Assembly: GCA_040954595.2 (NCBI GenBank)
Contig: CM082585.2
Location: 6,845,808-6,909,807, forward strand
Reading direction: 5' to 3'
From: Balanoglossus misakiensis
Lineage: Eukaryota > Animalia > Hemichordata
Length of the DNA stretch: 64,000 nt
The notes under the pieces were generated by a model, which was not told the origin of the DNA, searched no databases, and was given only the letters and a program-made list of their open reading frames with translations. Shown in pieces: positions 52,474-64,000 of this stretch (positions are counted from its first letter, which is position 1; each line of letters starts with the position of its first letter). Made by a program: the position numbers and the translations under genes.

Positions 52474-55400
52474 ATGGCAGCGCCTTTAAAATCTCTCGCG
52501 CTATTTTTCGTGGCGTTTATCGTAGCCGAGGTGCAATTTTGTTATGGTTTCTATTTGCCTGGGCTCGCCCCGGTTAGTTACTGCGAAAAAGATGTTGATA
52601 CGTGTAAGGTGAGTGTACGAAACACAATGTCTATTGTCTTTGTGGTGTTTTTCCCCCAGTTTACTAAGACAGATAACTATATACTGATCAGTGTCGGATT
52701 AAGTTTGTCGTTTCCGAAAATCAAAGTTGTACGTGGAAAGAGAAGACGGCAAAACATGACCTCAACCACGTCGCTTCGCCGGTTGGCGTTGCATGCAACG
52801 TTGTCGTTGACGAGACATGGGATGAGAGCGAGCAACTTCCACTTACAAATTTGATCGCCTGGTAGTAATGCTACTACTGTCAGTCATATTTTGTCATGCT
52901 GATAGTAGTATGTATTTCCACTGTCACAAGAACATGATACGGTGCGAAAATAAGCCGTCTTTGGTTCAAGCACAGAGAACTTTACGAGATCCCCAATGCG
53001 CAGATGCAAACTGACATGCCAACCAACTTCACTTGTCTTCCTGTTTGTAAGAAGTAGTCGTTCACGTTCAACTGGGATTGTTTTGGTTGGCTTGTACCGG
53101 TATCAGTGCAAATGTTACTTGGACAGCACCCAGCATATACAGCAAGATTATGATTTTTTGCAAAAATCCTTATAGTTGCCTGTTGGGTGTAATACTTAGG
53201 ATAGAGTATGTTGGAAATATGATAGCATTAGAGTTGATTTCATTAATATTTTATCATCCTGGATGTGTGTAAAATTTATGGCATTGCTTAAAAGTTAATC
53301 TTGGTAATATATATCTAGGTCTTTTGTATGATACTTTTAACAACTAATTATGAGTTCTTTCACAAGGCTTGACTTTTTATGTGCACCTCCATGATGTATC
53401 TTGAACTGAATAGTACTCATTCAACCAAACTGGTTGGACATGTGTTGTTAGGATAAGCGAAGTAGGCCCGGCAACAGCTGTTGTAACCAAATAGATATAT
53501 AAATTTTCTGTCACTTTAATCCTGGCAACATGTGGTGTGATTTGATGGACCTTTGGTTACATTTCCCAGCATCCACTGTGGGTCTGTGCTTTGATTTGTA
53601 TGGTCCAGTCCTTCATGTCACAGGTCACTGGGGTCAGAGGTTAAATTGCGTGTCTCGTGTGCATAAAGATTCTACTCTCACCAGCATTACCAGTAGACCA
53701 TTAATGCTTTATGACAGAAACATGAACCAGAGTTTTGCAATCCGAGGATTTGTATAATCAACAGATTGAAAACCAAAAATATACATAGCATGTGCTACAG
53801 TTCTATGGGTGAACCCCTCTTACATTACGGTGTGCAGTGTATTAATGTAAATGTTTCAAATCATATATTTTTCAAAGCTGACACATGTCTAATCTGCTTG
53901 CAACATTGTTCATAATCCATAAGCTGTTATAAGAATAATACAGATGAAAAAAAGGATATGCTTCAATAATACCCCTTCTTTTGCTAAAATTATTCTGACA
54001 GTACATGTATCGAGATTACTTGGTACATTAAGTCTAAATATATTGTCATGACAATGCTCATTGTATTGCATACATTATTACTTGTATAAGCATGCCTAGT
54101 CAAACAAAGACAAGATTGAATTAAAAGGAGAAGTGTTAATTAGCTGAAACTGCATGCAGTTCAGCTTCTATGGCGTGTTTGTACGTGCATACGTACAGGA
54201 CTGCTGACTTGGTTTTCAAAAAAACAAAACAGTACAGCATGTAGGAGACATTCAAATAAAAAAAATATTTGAGTTTGTAATAGTAAATGAATCTAATCTC
54301 TTTTTCTCACTTGTATTTCAGTCAAACATAGATGTATTTGTGAACAGGCTAGACTCTGTGGAATCGGTCATCCCATATGAATATGAAAAGTAAGTTAAAA
54401 AAAAAATAGAATTGAAATATACCTTTTGGGAAAGTGATCTGACAGAGCCCTTATCCGCACATACATATTCACACCCATAATTTGTGAATGACGCTATAAG
54501 TTAGTATTTCAATTTTCTGTCTTAACCAGATTTGATTTCTGCACAACTACTAAGAAAACCAGCCCGACAGAGAACCTTGGACAGGTTGTCTTTGGTGAAA
54601 GGATCAGGTTGTCGCCATACAATGTAAGTATTGCAGTACTGGTGATTCTGCTATGCGCATCTGATGTGAGAGAAAGCGATATCGTTCCCACAATCTGGGC
54701 AAGCTGTTTTTACCTGCCTGAATGGAATTACTCAACCATTCTAGCACAGGCTGTTACTACAGGCCAAACTGGCAACACAGTACAGTGTTATCAGTTGTGG
54801 GTGTTTGGGGTGACACGTGTACATGTACAACACCAGCATGGCAATACGTAGGTAATAAAAGGATGTACAGAAATTTAACGCATGACTTAAATTATCTGTG
54901 AAATATGAATATTTGTTATTTTTCCTTGTTAAAAATAATTAGACCCGTTATTCATGATAATACGCAAGTGTCCGCGATTTGGTAGTTTGGATCCGGAACT
55001 CCATTTGTGACTGAAATGGAACTCCAATTGTGACTACCAGAGATTATCAGAAATTCTGAATTTTCTCTCTCCATAATTTCAGGTATCATTTAACAAGCCA
55101 GAGCAATGTAAATCGCTGTGTAGAAAGGATTATGACACCAAAAACAAGGACAACCTGAAACAGCTCCGATTTCTGATGGATGGCTTGAAACAGAACTATC
55201 AACATCACTGGTAAGCTGGTGGTTTCATATACAGTACAGAGTCATTTTTGAGTGAGAGAGAGACACACAAGAGGGTTTATCAACCTTAATGTCTTGCGAG
55301 TGATGCAGAAAATTGTATCATCATCATCTACAGACTATTGCTTATATCTTGAACTGGGTACATGTATTGCCAAAAAGATATTTGAAACTCGACAACCATC

Positions 55401-58400
55401 TACAGCAGTGTCGATGTCTTCATCCAGTGATCGGGTCAACAGACTAGCCCAGTTCTACCCTTTCACCTTCATGGTTTAGTCCAAACCCATTGTTTCCTAT
55501 GGTAAGGTTGGACCTCTGAAGAAGGAACTGGGGGTGAAAAGGTTAAAAGTCTAACTTATGTGCCTTACTTTCACATGAAACTCTGGCCCAAAAGTGGAAG
55601 CTTCGTCTCTTTGACACCTGTCGTTTCCTTCTGTCAACTAGGATCATTGATAACATGCCAGTTACGTGGTGTTACGACGTTGAAGGCGGTGCAAGCAGTA
55701 GTAATAAGTACTGCTCGCCGGGCTTTCCAATCGGCTGCTATGTTACTCTCAAGAAGATGCCCAAAGATGCCTGTGTCATTAATGTAAGTGCTGTACAAAT
55801 GGTGTCTTTGAGGTATTGGTATATGACTTTGGACAGATTTTCAGAAGAAAAAAGTCCTCCATTAATTTCAGTGTGACTAAAATCTTGCCATAAGGTGTTG
55901 GTTATTGGTGAAAAGAAGTAAAGATATTGGTAAAGAATTTATTTAGAATCATTCCAAAAGATGTCCACAGTATATGTGCTGATGCTTATGTTTACCAACT
56001 TTGTTCGTCTACAGCCAGCGTACAGTGAGAAGGACACCTACTATGTGTTCAACCACGTGGATTTGACCATTGCGTTCCACTCCATTCCCGAAGAGGGCCC
56101 ACAGACTGCTGCTAGGTTGTTGTCGGCTAAGATGGAACCCAGAAGGTAATTGTTGTCTTGAAATGTGTTGGTTTGCACAGTCCTGGTAAGTCATGGAATG
56201 TCAATCATCCCTGGAAAATTATGGAAAAATGGCAAGGGGGACACTACATGTATGTATCTGATGGTCCCCTACATTTGCTTTAAAACTGTAGTCTGCATAA
56301 AAGACACTTCACTGATAAAAAAACATTTTTTTTCATGGCATTTCAGCATAAAACATGAGAAAGAAGGTGACTGCAACAGCGAACTGCCTCCAATGGCCAT
56401 TCCTGGTGATCTGTCTTCGCTTAGCACAGTGTCTATATTGTACACATACTCTGTCAATTTCAAGGTGAGTGAAAATTTCAGAAAATTGACAATTTGGATG
56501 TGTTATCCACCTGCTGATTGGCTGTGACGGTGGAATTTGTTCGATATACACCAATGAGAATCAGTCTATCATTTATGCATCAATAACATTGGAATCACAT
56601 ATATTTGTTTTTATGAACAAAATCAGAAATTTTTGTCATTGTTAAAAGTCTGGAATATGGAACAACTAAAGGTTTTGATGTGACTTCTTACAACTCAGAT
56701 ACACGCAAAGTAAAAAGTCTCACTTTTCTAAAAAAAATTGGTGAAGTCTTATTTCTCTGCTTTGCCTTTCCAGGAAAGAGAAGACATCAAGTGGGCCTCA
56801 AGATGGGATTACATTTTGGATTCGATGCCGCACACAAACATTCAGTGGTTCAGGTAAGACAGTCTGTGGTACAGGTATAAGCTGGCAGTGACCAAAAACA
56901 GTTACTACGCAAATCTTGATCGATATCATCTTTTGTACGAGAGACGTGGTCACATTTTGAGCATACAAGCGGACCTAGACAAACGCACACATCAATGTGG
57001 TTTTGAATAGGATGTGCAAAGTTATATATATACATATATACCTTCACATATATTTATTAGTATGTAAGTGTTAACATTTATACATTTTTGTTTCTGCTAC
57101 TGACAGTATCATGAACTCATTGGTGATAGTGCTGTTTCTGTCTGGTATGGTAGCCATGATCATGCTGAGAACGCTACACAAGGACATTGCAAGATACAAC
57201 CAGATTGATTCAGCGGTAAGTTCTGTATGTGTGTGCTACTGAGCCATCCCATCCCATCCTATCAACCCAGTTTGTGCTAATAGGCTGACTCTAAAATGAA
57301 ATGTCGCTCACAGACTACTGCTGTGTTCTATGGAAAAGAGATGTGGGGTACATCATGTGATACTGGTATAAATACATGTGGAAATGTGTGTACATGTTGT
57401 ATTTCTATGGCCGTTTCCAGCAATCTGGGTTTTACCTATCAGAAACAGAGTTTTGATCAGTATTGCTTGCGATGTTTCATTTTGCAAAAGTCTTACTCAC
57501 ACTCTCTGCTCTCATAGGAGGATGCCCAGGAGGAATTTGGATGGAAGTTGGTTCACGGCGACGTCTTCCGTTCGCCAAGACGTGGGATGTTGCTCTCCGT
57601 GCTTCTGGGAACCGGCACTCAGATTTTCTTCCTTGTGTTCATCACCCTGGGTAAGTGGACAGTTTTTACGTCATCTGCCAGAAAGCCTGCAGGAAATGAA
57701 TCGTTTAAAGATGGTCGTTGTTTTGGAAGGAAGCGAAATAGCTTGACATATTGTCAGTGACTCTTATCTAAAGAGGCAAGCAGTTGATCTGTTATTTTCA
57801 GACATGGAACCAGACCAATTGCTGGTCAATATTTTTTCCAATGGTTTTCATCCTTGAAATGGTTTATCTTGAAACCAACACATCCGACCATACATCTGTT
57901 GAAGTTAGTTTATGTTAAAAATCTTTGAAGGTGACAAGTAATAAGGAGTTTAACTACCGGTACAATCACTCTTTTTTTTCTTGTGACAGTGTTTGCATGT
58001 CTGGGATTCTTGTCGCCTGCCAACCGTGGTTCTCTGATGACTTGCGTACTTATGCTGTTTGTGTGCCTGGGTACTCCAGCTGGCTATGTGGCTGCTAGGA
58101 TATACAAAAGTAAGTATGGTCAGACCTGACAAGTCATGTTGTCAACAAGAGATTTTATTTGTCTTGGACCCGTGCATTGCTGTTATTATCGTGTACATGA
58201 AATTCAAATGTGTTTCTTTGTCTTGATTTACAGCGTTTGGAGGTGAGCGTTGGAAGACCAACGTTCTGATGACCTGCTTCTTCATTCCCGGCATCGTCTT
58301 CATCATCTTCTTCGTGCTTAACCTGGTGCTGTGGGGCGAGGGAAGTTCGGCCGCCATTCCGTTCACCACTCTGCTGGCTCTGCTCGGGTTGTGGTTCGGT

Positions 58401-59990
58401 GTCTCCACACCGCTCATCTTCCTGGGTGCCTACCTGGGCTTCAAGAAAAGGGTAAGTTGACAGTCTTGCTCCAAGAGTGAATAATGATACCAAAACGCGC
58501 TTGTATTCTTATCAAATATGACGCGACGCGATTCTCCAAATCCCGTCAAGTGGAATTATTAGATTTCGGGAAGTTGCAGAGAACTTTTCAAACGTTCCAA
58601 GCCTGTCAATCAAAAGATTGAAAAAAAAAATTAACCCATCGGATTTCAAACAATAACAGACCTGCTTAATATACAAACTAACATACCATCGCACTTTTTC
58701 ATTCGTTCACAGCCCATTGAGTTCCCAGTGAGGACCAATCAGATTCCCCGACAGATACCCGAGCAGTCTTTCTACACCAAACCTCTCCCTGGCATTGTGA
58801 TGGGTGGTGTGTTACCTTTCGGATGCATCTTTATTCAGCTGTTTTTCATCTTAAACAGCATCTGGTAAGAAAACAGAATTCTTTTCTCTTCACTGCATAT
58901 TGTCTTAATCCTCTCACCCCCACTTGCCTCTTTAGAGGTCCAACCTTAACCTAAGAAAGAATGCATGTGGACCAAACCATATGAAGAATAGGGGGAATCA
59001 ACCACCTGCTTTCAAGTCCAGTGCATAAGACTTGATGCAATTTTTCGATGACTTCAAAATACACTGGTACATGTAACCATATGCAAGTACAGAATGGACA
59101 CTGTTTCGAGGCATCGGCTACTATCAAATTTACTGATATTCTCCATATTTGCCATCTTGCTTTATATTTCAGGTCTCATCAGATGTATTACATGTTTGGT
59201 TTCCTATTCCTGGTCTGCATGATCTTGATCATCACATGTTCAGAGGCTACAGTCCTGTTGTGTTATTTCCATCTTTGTGCTGAGGTGAGTCCAGTAGTTG
59301 CTTCCATCAAATCAAATGGCTGATTACTGATTAGGGCTGGTCACGTCTTTTTATTATGCGTGCAGTGTGGCGTATATGCGAGTGAGTTAACAATGCATTT
59401 CACTAACAAAATATTATCCCCCCCACTTCATTTTCAGGACTACCATTGGTGGTGGCGGTCGTTCCTCACCAGTGGCTTCACCGCAATTTATCTATTTATC
59501 TACTGCATTCACTATTTTGTATCAAAACTGACCATAGAGGGCATGGCAAGTACAGTGCTGTATTTCGGCTACACCACCATCATGGTGTTGCTCTTCTTCC
59601 TCTTCTGTGGTGAGTATCGCAGTTCTCAACCTTTCCAAAGTTTTTTTAATGTCACTTTTCAACGGCAATAGAGTGGAACACTGTGCTTGTTTGCTACATG
59701 TTATAACACCCCATTAGAATCAAAGTAAGCAGTACAGAACGTATAGTTGGTCAAGTTCTTGTAACTGCTGATTTGTCAAAATCTTCAGTAAGACATAGGA
59801 ATCGCTGTGTACCTGCCAGTTAATGAAATATAAGGCTATATATTTTTACTATGAAGTTTGGCTCAAAATAAGGTACCATGATAATAGATTGTCTAAAACC
59901 GTTGTGATTTTTTTTTACGCAGGAACTGTTGGCTTCTTTGCCTGCTTCTGGTTTGTCATCAAGATCTACAGTGTTGTCAAGGTGGATTAA
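52474..59990 (+). CDS. TM9SF2: Transmembrane 9 superfamily member 2 (nonaspanin/EMP70), 16 exons, 659 aa
   Basis: Exons 52474-52608, 54322-54389, 54530-54623, 55083-55210, 55642-55783, 56015-56145, 56347-56464, 56774-56853, 57107-57215, 57518-57650, 57990-58109, 58234-58451, 58713-58864, 59173-59284, 59438-59609, 59923-59990 (1980 nt, all GT-AG). Signal peptide followed by FYLPGLAP; [12 protein letters not shown]; [14 protein letters not shown]; [11 protein letters not shown]; [10 protein letters not shown]; C-terminus IYSVVKVD (KxD Golgi motif, SF2 type). Confidence 0.97.
55458..55546 (+). mobile_element. Short (about 90 bp) piggyBac-like MITE, family B
   Basis: CCCTTTCACC ... GGTGAAAAGG-TTAA, with core AACCCATTGTTT..TATGGTA.GGTTGGACCTCT. 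Confidence 0.7.
58905..58995 (-). mobile_element. MITE family B copy, inverted, in a TM9SF2 intron
   Basis: TTAATCCTCTCACCCC...AGAGGTCCAACCTTA...GGACCAAACCAT is the reverse complement of the family core. Confidence 0.55.
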
Positions 59991-60764
59991 CCGAGCTTCA
60001 GACCTTTTTGCGCGAAGGATGCAACAATGTTTTGAGGATCAATACAATCCAGAAAGACTACTACAAGCACCATTTTTGTCACAAATCATCACGTTTCTAC
60101 TAAGGAATTAAACTTTGAAGAATTCAGCTGCACAGTTTCCAAAGGTTCTAGCGGAAATCTCAGTATGTGTGTACGTCTACTGAACTCAAAGCAAGAGTAC
60201 ACTGCATCCTGAAATTGAATACTCTTGGCATCCAATTATATTTCTGAATGCATGATCAAAGTATTGTTGAGGGGAGGGAAGGGGGAGCAATGGGGCAAGT
60301 TTATTACAAAAAGGAAACAAAATCCAATGGAGAATTCACTAAAAGTACTTCATGGGTCCTGAGTGAGGTGTATTGGAATTCTTCTGTTTAATGGATTGGA
60401 TGAATTTGAGTTTTGATATTAGGCATCTGGTTCCGAATCTCATAAAGTTACGGTTACAAATGTTTTTTATTTTATTTTTCATTCTCATAGAAATTCATAA
60501 CTTCTAGACTTTAAATACATTCTTGTGGTATTTATGATGTTCAAAATACATTTGACAGGACTGGAAGTTTTATCATTTTTAGTTAATTTCTTTGAAACAT
60601 GGATGAGCAAGACATGTTTATTTTTAGGGGTGGGGTGGGGGGAATGTAAAGCATGCATTTCTGTCTTGGTCTTCACTTAATTCTGTTTCTTTTCAACAAA
60701 ATTTAAGTTTGTCTCACGTAGTGTATATTGCCCTTTGCCAATTATCTGTGCTGTAGATAGGGCC

Positions 60765-60770
60765 AATAAA
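60765..60770 (+). terminator. Candidate polyadenylation signal of TM9SF2
   Basis: AATAAA about 775 nt after the stop, followed by a T-rich tract. Further UTR-like T-rich sequence extends to about 62300. Confidence 0.45.
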
Positions 60771-61274
60771 ATGCTTATCAAATTTTGACAGCGTTTCTCT
60801 TTCTATTGTTTTCAATATGTCTTGCTGGCTATTCTCATGTGATTTAAATTAAGGTATATAATTAAAATGCATGTCATTTGATTATTATTCCTATTGGAAG
60901 GTGCAGTTTAATTATTTGACAAGTGGATATAATTATTTTTGGAGGAGGGCAAGCCACAGTCATTTCGCAGGGGATTGCTCAGTAAAAAAAAAAAAACTGG
61001 CAAGTGTGATTGGCCAATGCTTGGGTGTCAATGAGAAGCCCACCTAGATCAGTGTAAATTTTGAAGTTGCATAACTAGATTTCCATGACTACATTGAAAA
61101 TTGTGTACCAAGTCGCCATTTTGTAACTCTGTCAATCACACTCTCAATTGCTGAAACTGTCTCATACAAAAAGCAACACAAACTATAAAATGTCTGTAGT
61201 TTTGTACCAGGACAGATTTTACCTACTTTTACGATGAGAAAACTTCAATAATATCACATTCCCAATTTGCACAT

Positions 61275-61362
61275 TTAATCACCACCATGGTTCAGTGTGA
61301 ACCCATTGTTTTATATGGTAGGGTTGGACCTCTATAGAGGGAACCAGGAGTGAAAAGGTTAA
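61275..61362 (+). mobile_element. MITE family B copy
   Basis: Same core and the same GTGAAAAGGTTAA end as 55458-55546; TTAA on both sides. Confidence 0.7.
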
Positions 61363-63781
61363 AAACAAAGCAAGTTTTACAAACAGGTTCTGTATTTTTC
61401 AGTTTTCAATGACAGCTTTTATAATTACTCATCCTCTCCCATTGATTGCTAGAGTTATGACTACTGTTTCTAAGTTACCTGGGGAGTCAGTGACTGTTCA
61501 ATTTCTAATGGTTATGTACTATTCAGAGAAACATAAAGGGTCTTGCCACTAACCATATTTGAACATATGTTTTTCTTCAAAGAGTTGAATGTCAATATAT
61601 GGTGTATTTTGAAATTATTTTCAACTTTGGATGGTTAATTTCTTTGTTCCTGAAAACGATGTGAGAAACTGTAATATTTGTTTGATAATTGTTGATTTAT
61701 TTTAGTTTTTAACTTGTAAAAAAGTTACAGTGGTTTTGTGTACACAGGTAAATATTTATTTTCACAATGTGGACAATAGTAGGTGAATTGGCATGTTAGG
61801 GTCAAGGTTCAAGTTCATTTTGCTGAAAATGTCTGCTGCATTGATGGATAATTAGCAATACTTGAAAAAATTGTCAGTCTTTGCAGTACAACTTGAATAC
61901 ATTCGCTATTTCTGAGGGAATTTTCTGTATCATTTCCATCAAGCAAACAAACAACTGTAAGAAAAAAGAATGCCAGGTGTGAAATATTGTTAAAAATCTG
62001 TTAAAGTTGCAAAATACCTGCTCACTATATTTTTTGCTGCCTGTACAATTGTCTACACCGTTGAACAAATTCATTCAAAGTAATTGTGATACAACCCTGG
62101 CTTCATTTCAAGCACAGAACTTTTCAAATCCATGATACACATATTTCACCATTGTATTCAGAGTTATTTTTCTCTTCCCACAGATTTGAAATAGTTCAAT
62201 TTTGCAAATAGGTGTTCATCATTTTTTGGGGTGTACATGGTTACCAGTTATTAAAAATATACAGTGGACAGTATAAAGTGGTCTGTGGTGTTTGTTTGGC
62301 TCTATTCATGGTCAGTGACTCGGTGCTTTAATCAAATGCAGTTGATTTTGGCTTTGTGTGACAATTATCACTGCATGATTTACACATGGTACTATGTTCT
62401 GGGATACCTTGGGAGAATACACAATGTAATATAGGTACCTAATCATTAAACTGCTGATTGCCGAAACAGTTGATGATAATGAGTATCAGGTTTGTGTGCA
62501 TGGCAACGTATTATACTGCCCTCTGGCGTTGACATCGTGAGATATGCCGAAACATCTGTCCTGTGAAGAAGAAGAAAAGTAGTTTTCATGAATATTGAAC
62601 GAAATACCCATGCAAACCTCACAAATTATTGGAAATGTATACATTGACTGGTATCTGGTGCATCGTGCAGATTCTCCTAAGACTGTCACATGTTAGCTGC
62701 TGTACATGCAGGGCTACAACAGGAGAATACAAACACCAGAGACCAAGCAAAGGCAAACTAGTACGCCACCCCAAACCTCCACCCAAAATCTAATTGTTCT
62801 ACCAGGGTTCTTCCTCAAACTTGCACAAGATTTTGCTAGAAAATGCGTGTAGCGGGTGTGGCTTAACTTCAGTATCCAACCAACCCCTCCCCATGTGGAG
62901 CAGCACATTTTTCTTGCAGACGATAGATGACTCGAAAGAAGGTCGATGAAATACACGAAAAATACGCGAAAGTTGACCGTCGCGCAAGGAATTACATCCT
63001 ATTTTCTAACCCTCTGATATGACGGGATGCCTGCCACGCGCCCATGTTCATTTCACAACAATAATGTGATTCATTTCACAAGCAAAATGTTACAATGTTT
63101 CAAATTATATATGAACCAGCGCACGTCACACGCACGTAACTTTTTTTTCGCAATTGTTTCTAGCGGAGACCATCCCCGTACCTAAACGCCTACAGTTAGT
63201 CCTCCTAATAGATCATACAGGAAATTGCTGGCGGTTCTGTGATTTTTTGTGTTAATTTGTAAATGAAAATATTTTTGTGTGTCACTAGGATAACAAAAAA
63301 CACCCGCAAAAGACACAGGGTCGCCATAAAATGCCAGTAGGGCAGACCTACACTGACCGTACGATTGTACTGTGTACTCTCGTACACGGTGGAATCCCAC
63401 AGGGGGTGTACGCGAGGACTGGAACAGCAAACCTATCGTTCACAAGTGTAGTGGAACGACGTGGTCGCACACATGCACATCCCACCCACCCCGTCAAGGA
63501 AGCGTTTATTGCTGCGGTAAAAACGTTGTGCCGGTAACACTTGAGTGAATTAATCTGGAGAAAAGCACAATTGCGATTAGCTGCCTGGATGACTACGTCA
63601 AGAAATGACCAATGTTGAGGAGGGTATCCCGAACGCGCGTCTACTACGACGGCCAGAAATGTGTGTAAGCTAAAACAAGCGCTGGTCGTATATATTTTGG
63701 AGTGTGCGTAAACTTTGTTGTGCCGAAGCTGAACTGAAGAAAAACTTTGCTGCATCCTCGGTTTTTACTCCGTCTGGAATT

Positions 63782-63923
63782 ATGGCAGCGTCGAGAATTG
63801 CGAGGGGGAAGTCTGCCAAACGGAATCAAAATAAACTCAAGGAATTGCCTCCCCCAGAACCTCCAGTTGAGGATGGGGAACGGGAATACAAACTGGACGA
63901 TTTGGATATACACTGCACGATAG
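63782..63923 (+). CDS. PRKX: Probable first coding exon of a PRKX / Pka-C3-type cAMP-dependent protein kinase (gene continues beyond the window)
   Basis: MAASRIARGKSAKRNQNKLKELPPPEPPVEDGEREYKLDDLDIHCTI-G, ending at a perfect AG|GTAAGT donor in phase 1. It resembles the segment before the Gly-loop in PRKX (PEPPVYSLQDFDTLATVG-TGTFG). In-frame upstream stop at 63671; CpG-rich upstream region. Absent from the ORF track because the frame runs off the window. Confidence 0.65.
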
Positions 63924-64000
63924 GTAAGTGCCGTGTGTTGGTTTTGTGGCCAGTGGGGTCAATTGCGGTCAGGTCACTTTGGTTGAAATTTTCCCCCGTA

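Noticed and set aside
48110-53645. Shared TGACCC(T)CAGTGACCT.TGACAT block, inverted between an ATG3 intron (about 48125) and a TM9SF2 intron (about 53620)
   Set aside because: Both copies lie next to TTAACC ends, so they are probably fragments of another small repeat family; too short to define.
57515-57520. TAG-GAG tandem acceptor in TM9SF2
   Set aside because: GAG is a poor acceptor, and the proximal site gives the conserved [10 protein letters not shown].

Overview
AT-rich, intron-containing eukaryotic DNA, most likely from a marine invertebrate (the species cannot be determined from sequence alone). Four protein-coding loci can be reconstructed by hand with GT-AG introns: (1) a minus-strand rhodopsin-class neuropeptide GPCR (11035-44939); (2) ATG3, minus strand, 10 exons, 326 aa; (3) TM9SF2, plus strand, 16 exons, 659 aa, head-to-head with ATG3; (4) a probable first coding exon of a PRKX/Pka-C3-type kinase at the right edge. 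The most unusual feature is the GPCR. It has two intact paralogous first exons 17 kb apart (44616-44939 and 27306-27644). Each encodes the N-terminus, TM1, TM2 and half of TM3, and each ends in a phase-0 donor. Only one set of downstream exons is present, giving a variable-plus-constant exon layout. The two exons conserve TM2-ECL1-TM3, differ completely in intracellular loop 1, and share upstream promoter-like motifs. The non-coding DNA contains several TTAA-flanked MITE families, a decayed LINE, a possible SINE, a 54-bp tandem duplication and a large excess of the palindrome TACATGTA, which may be transposon excision footprints. Most ORFs in the supplied track are spurious.
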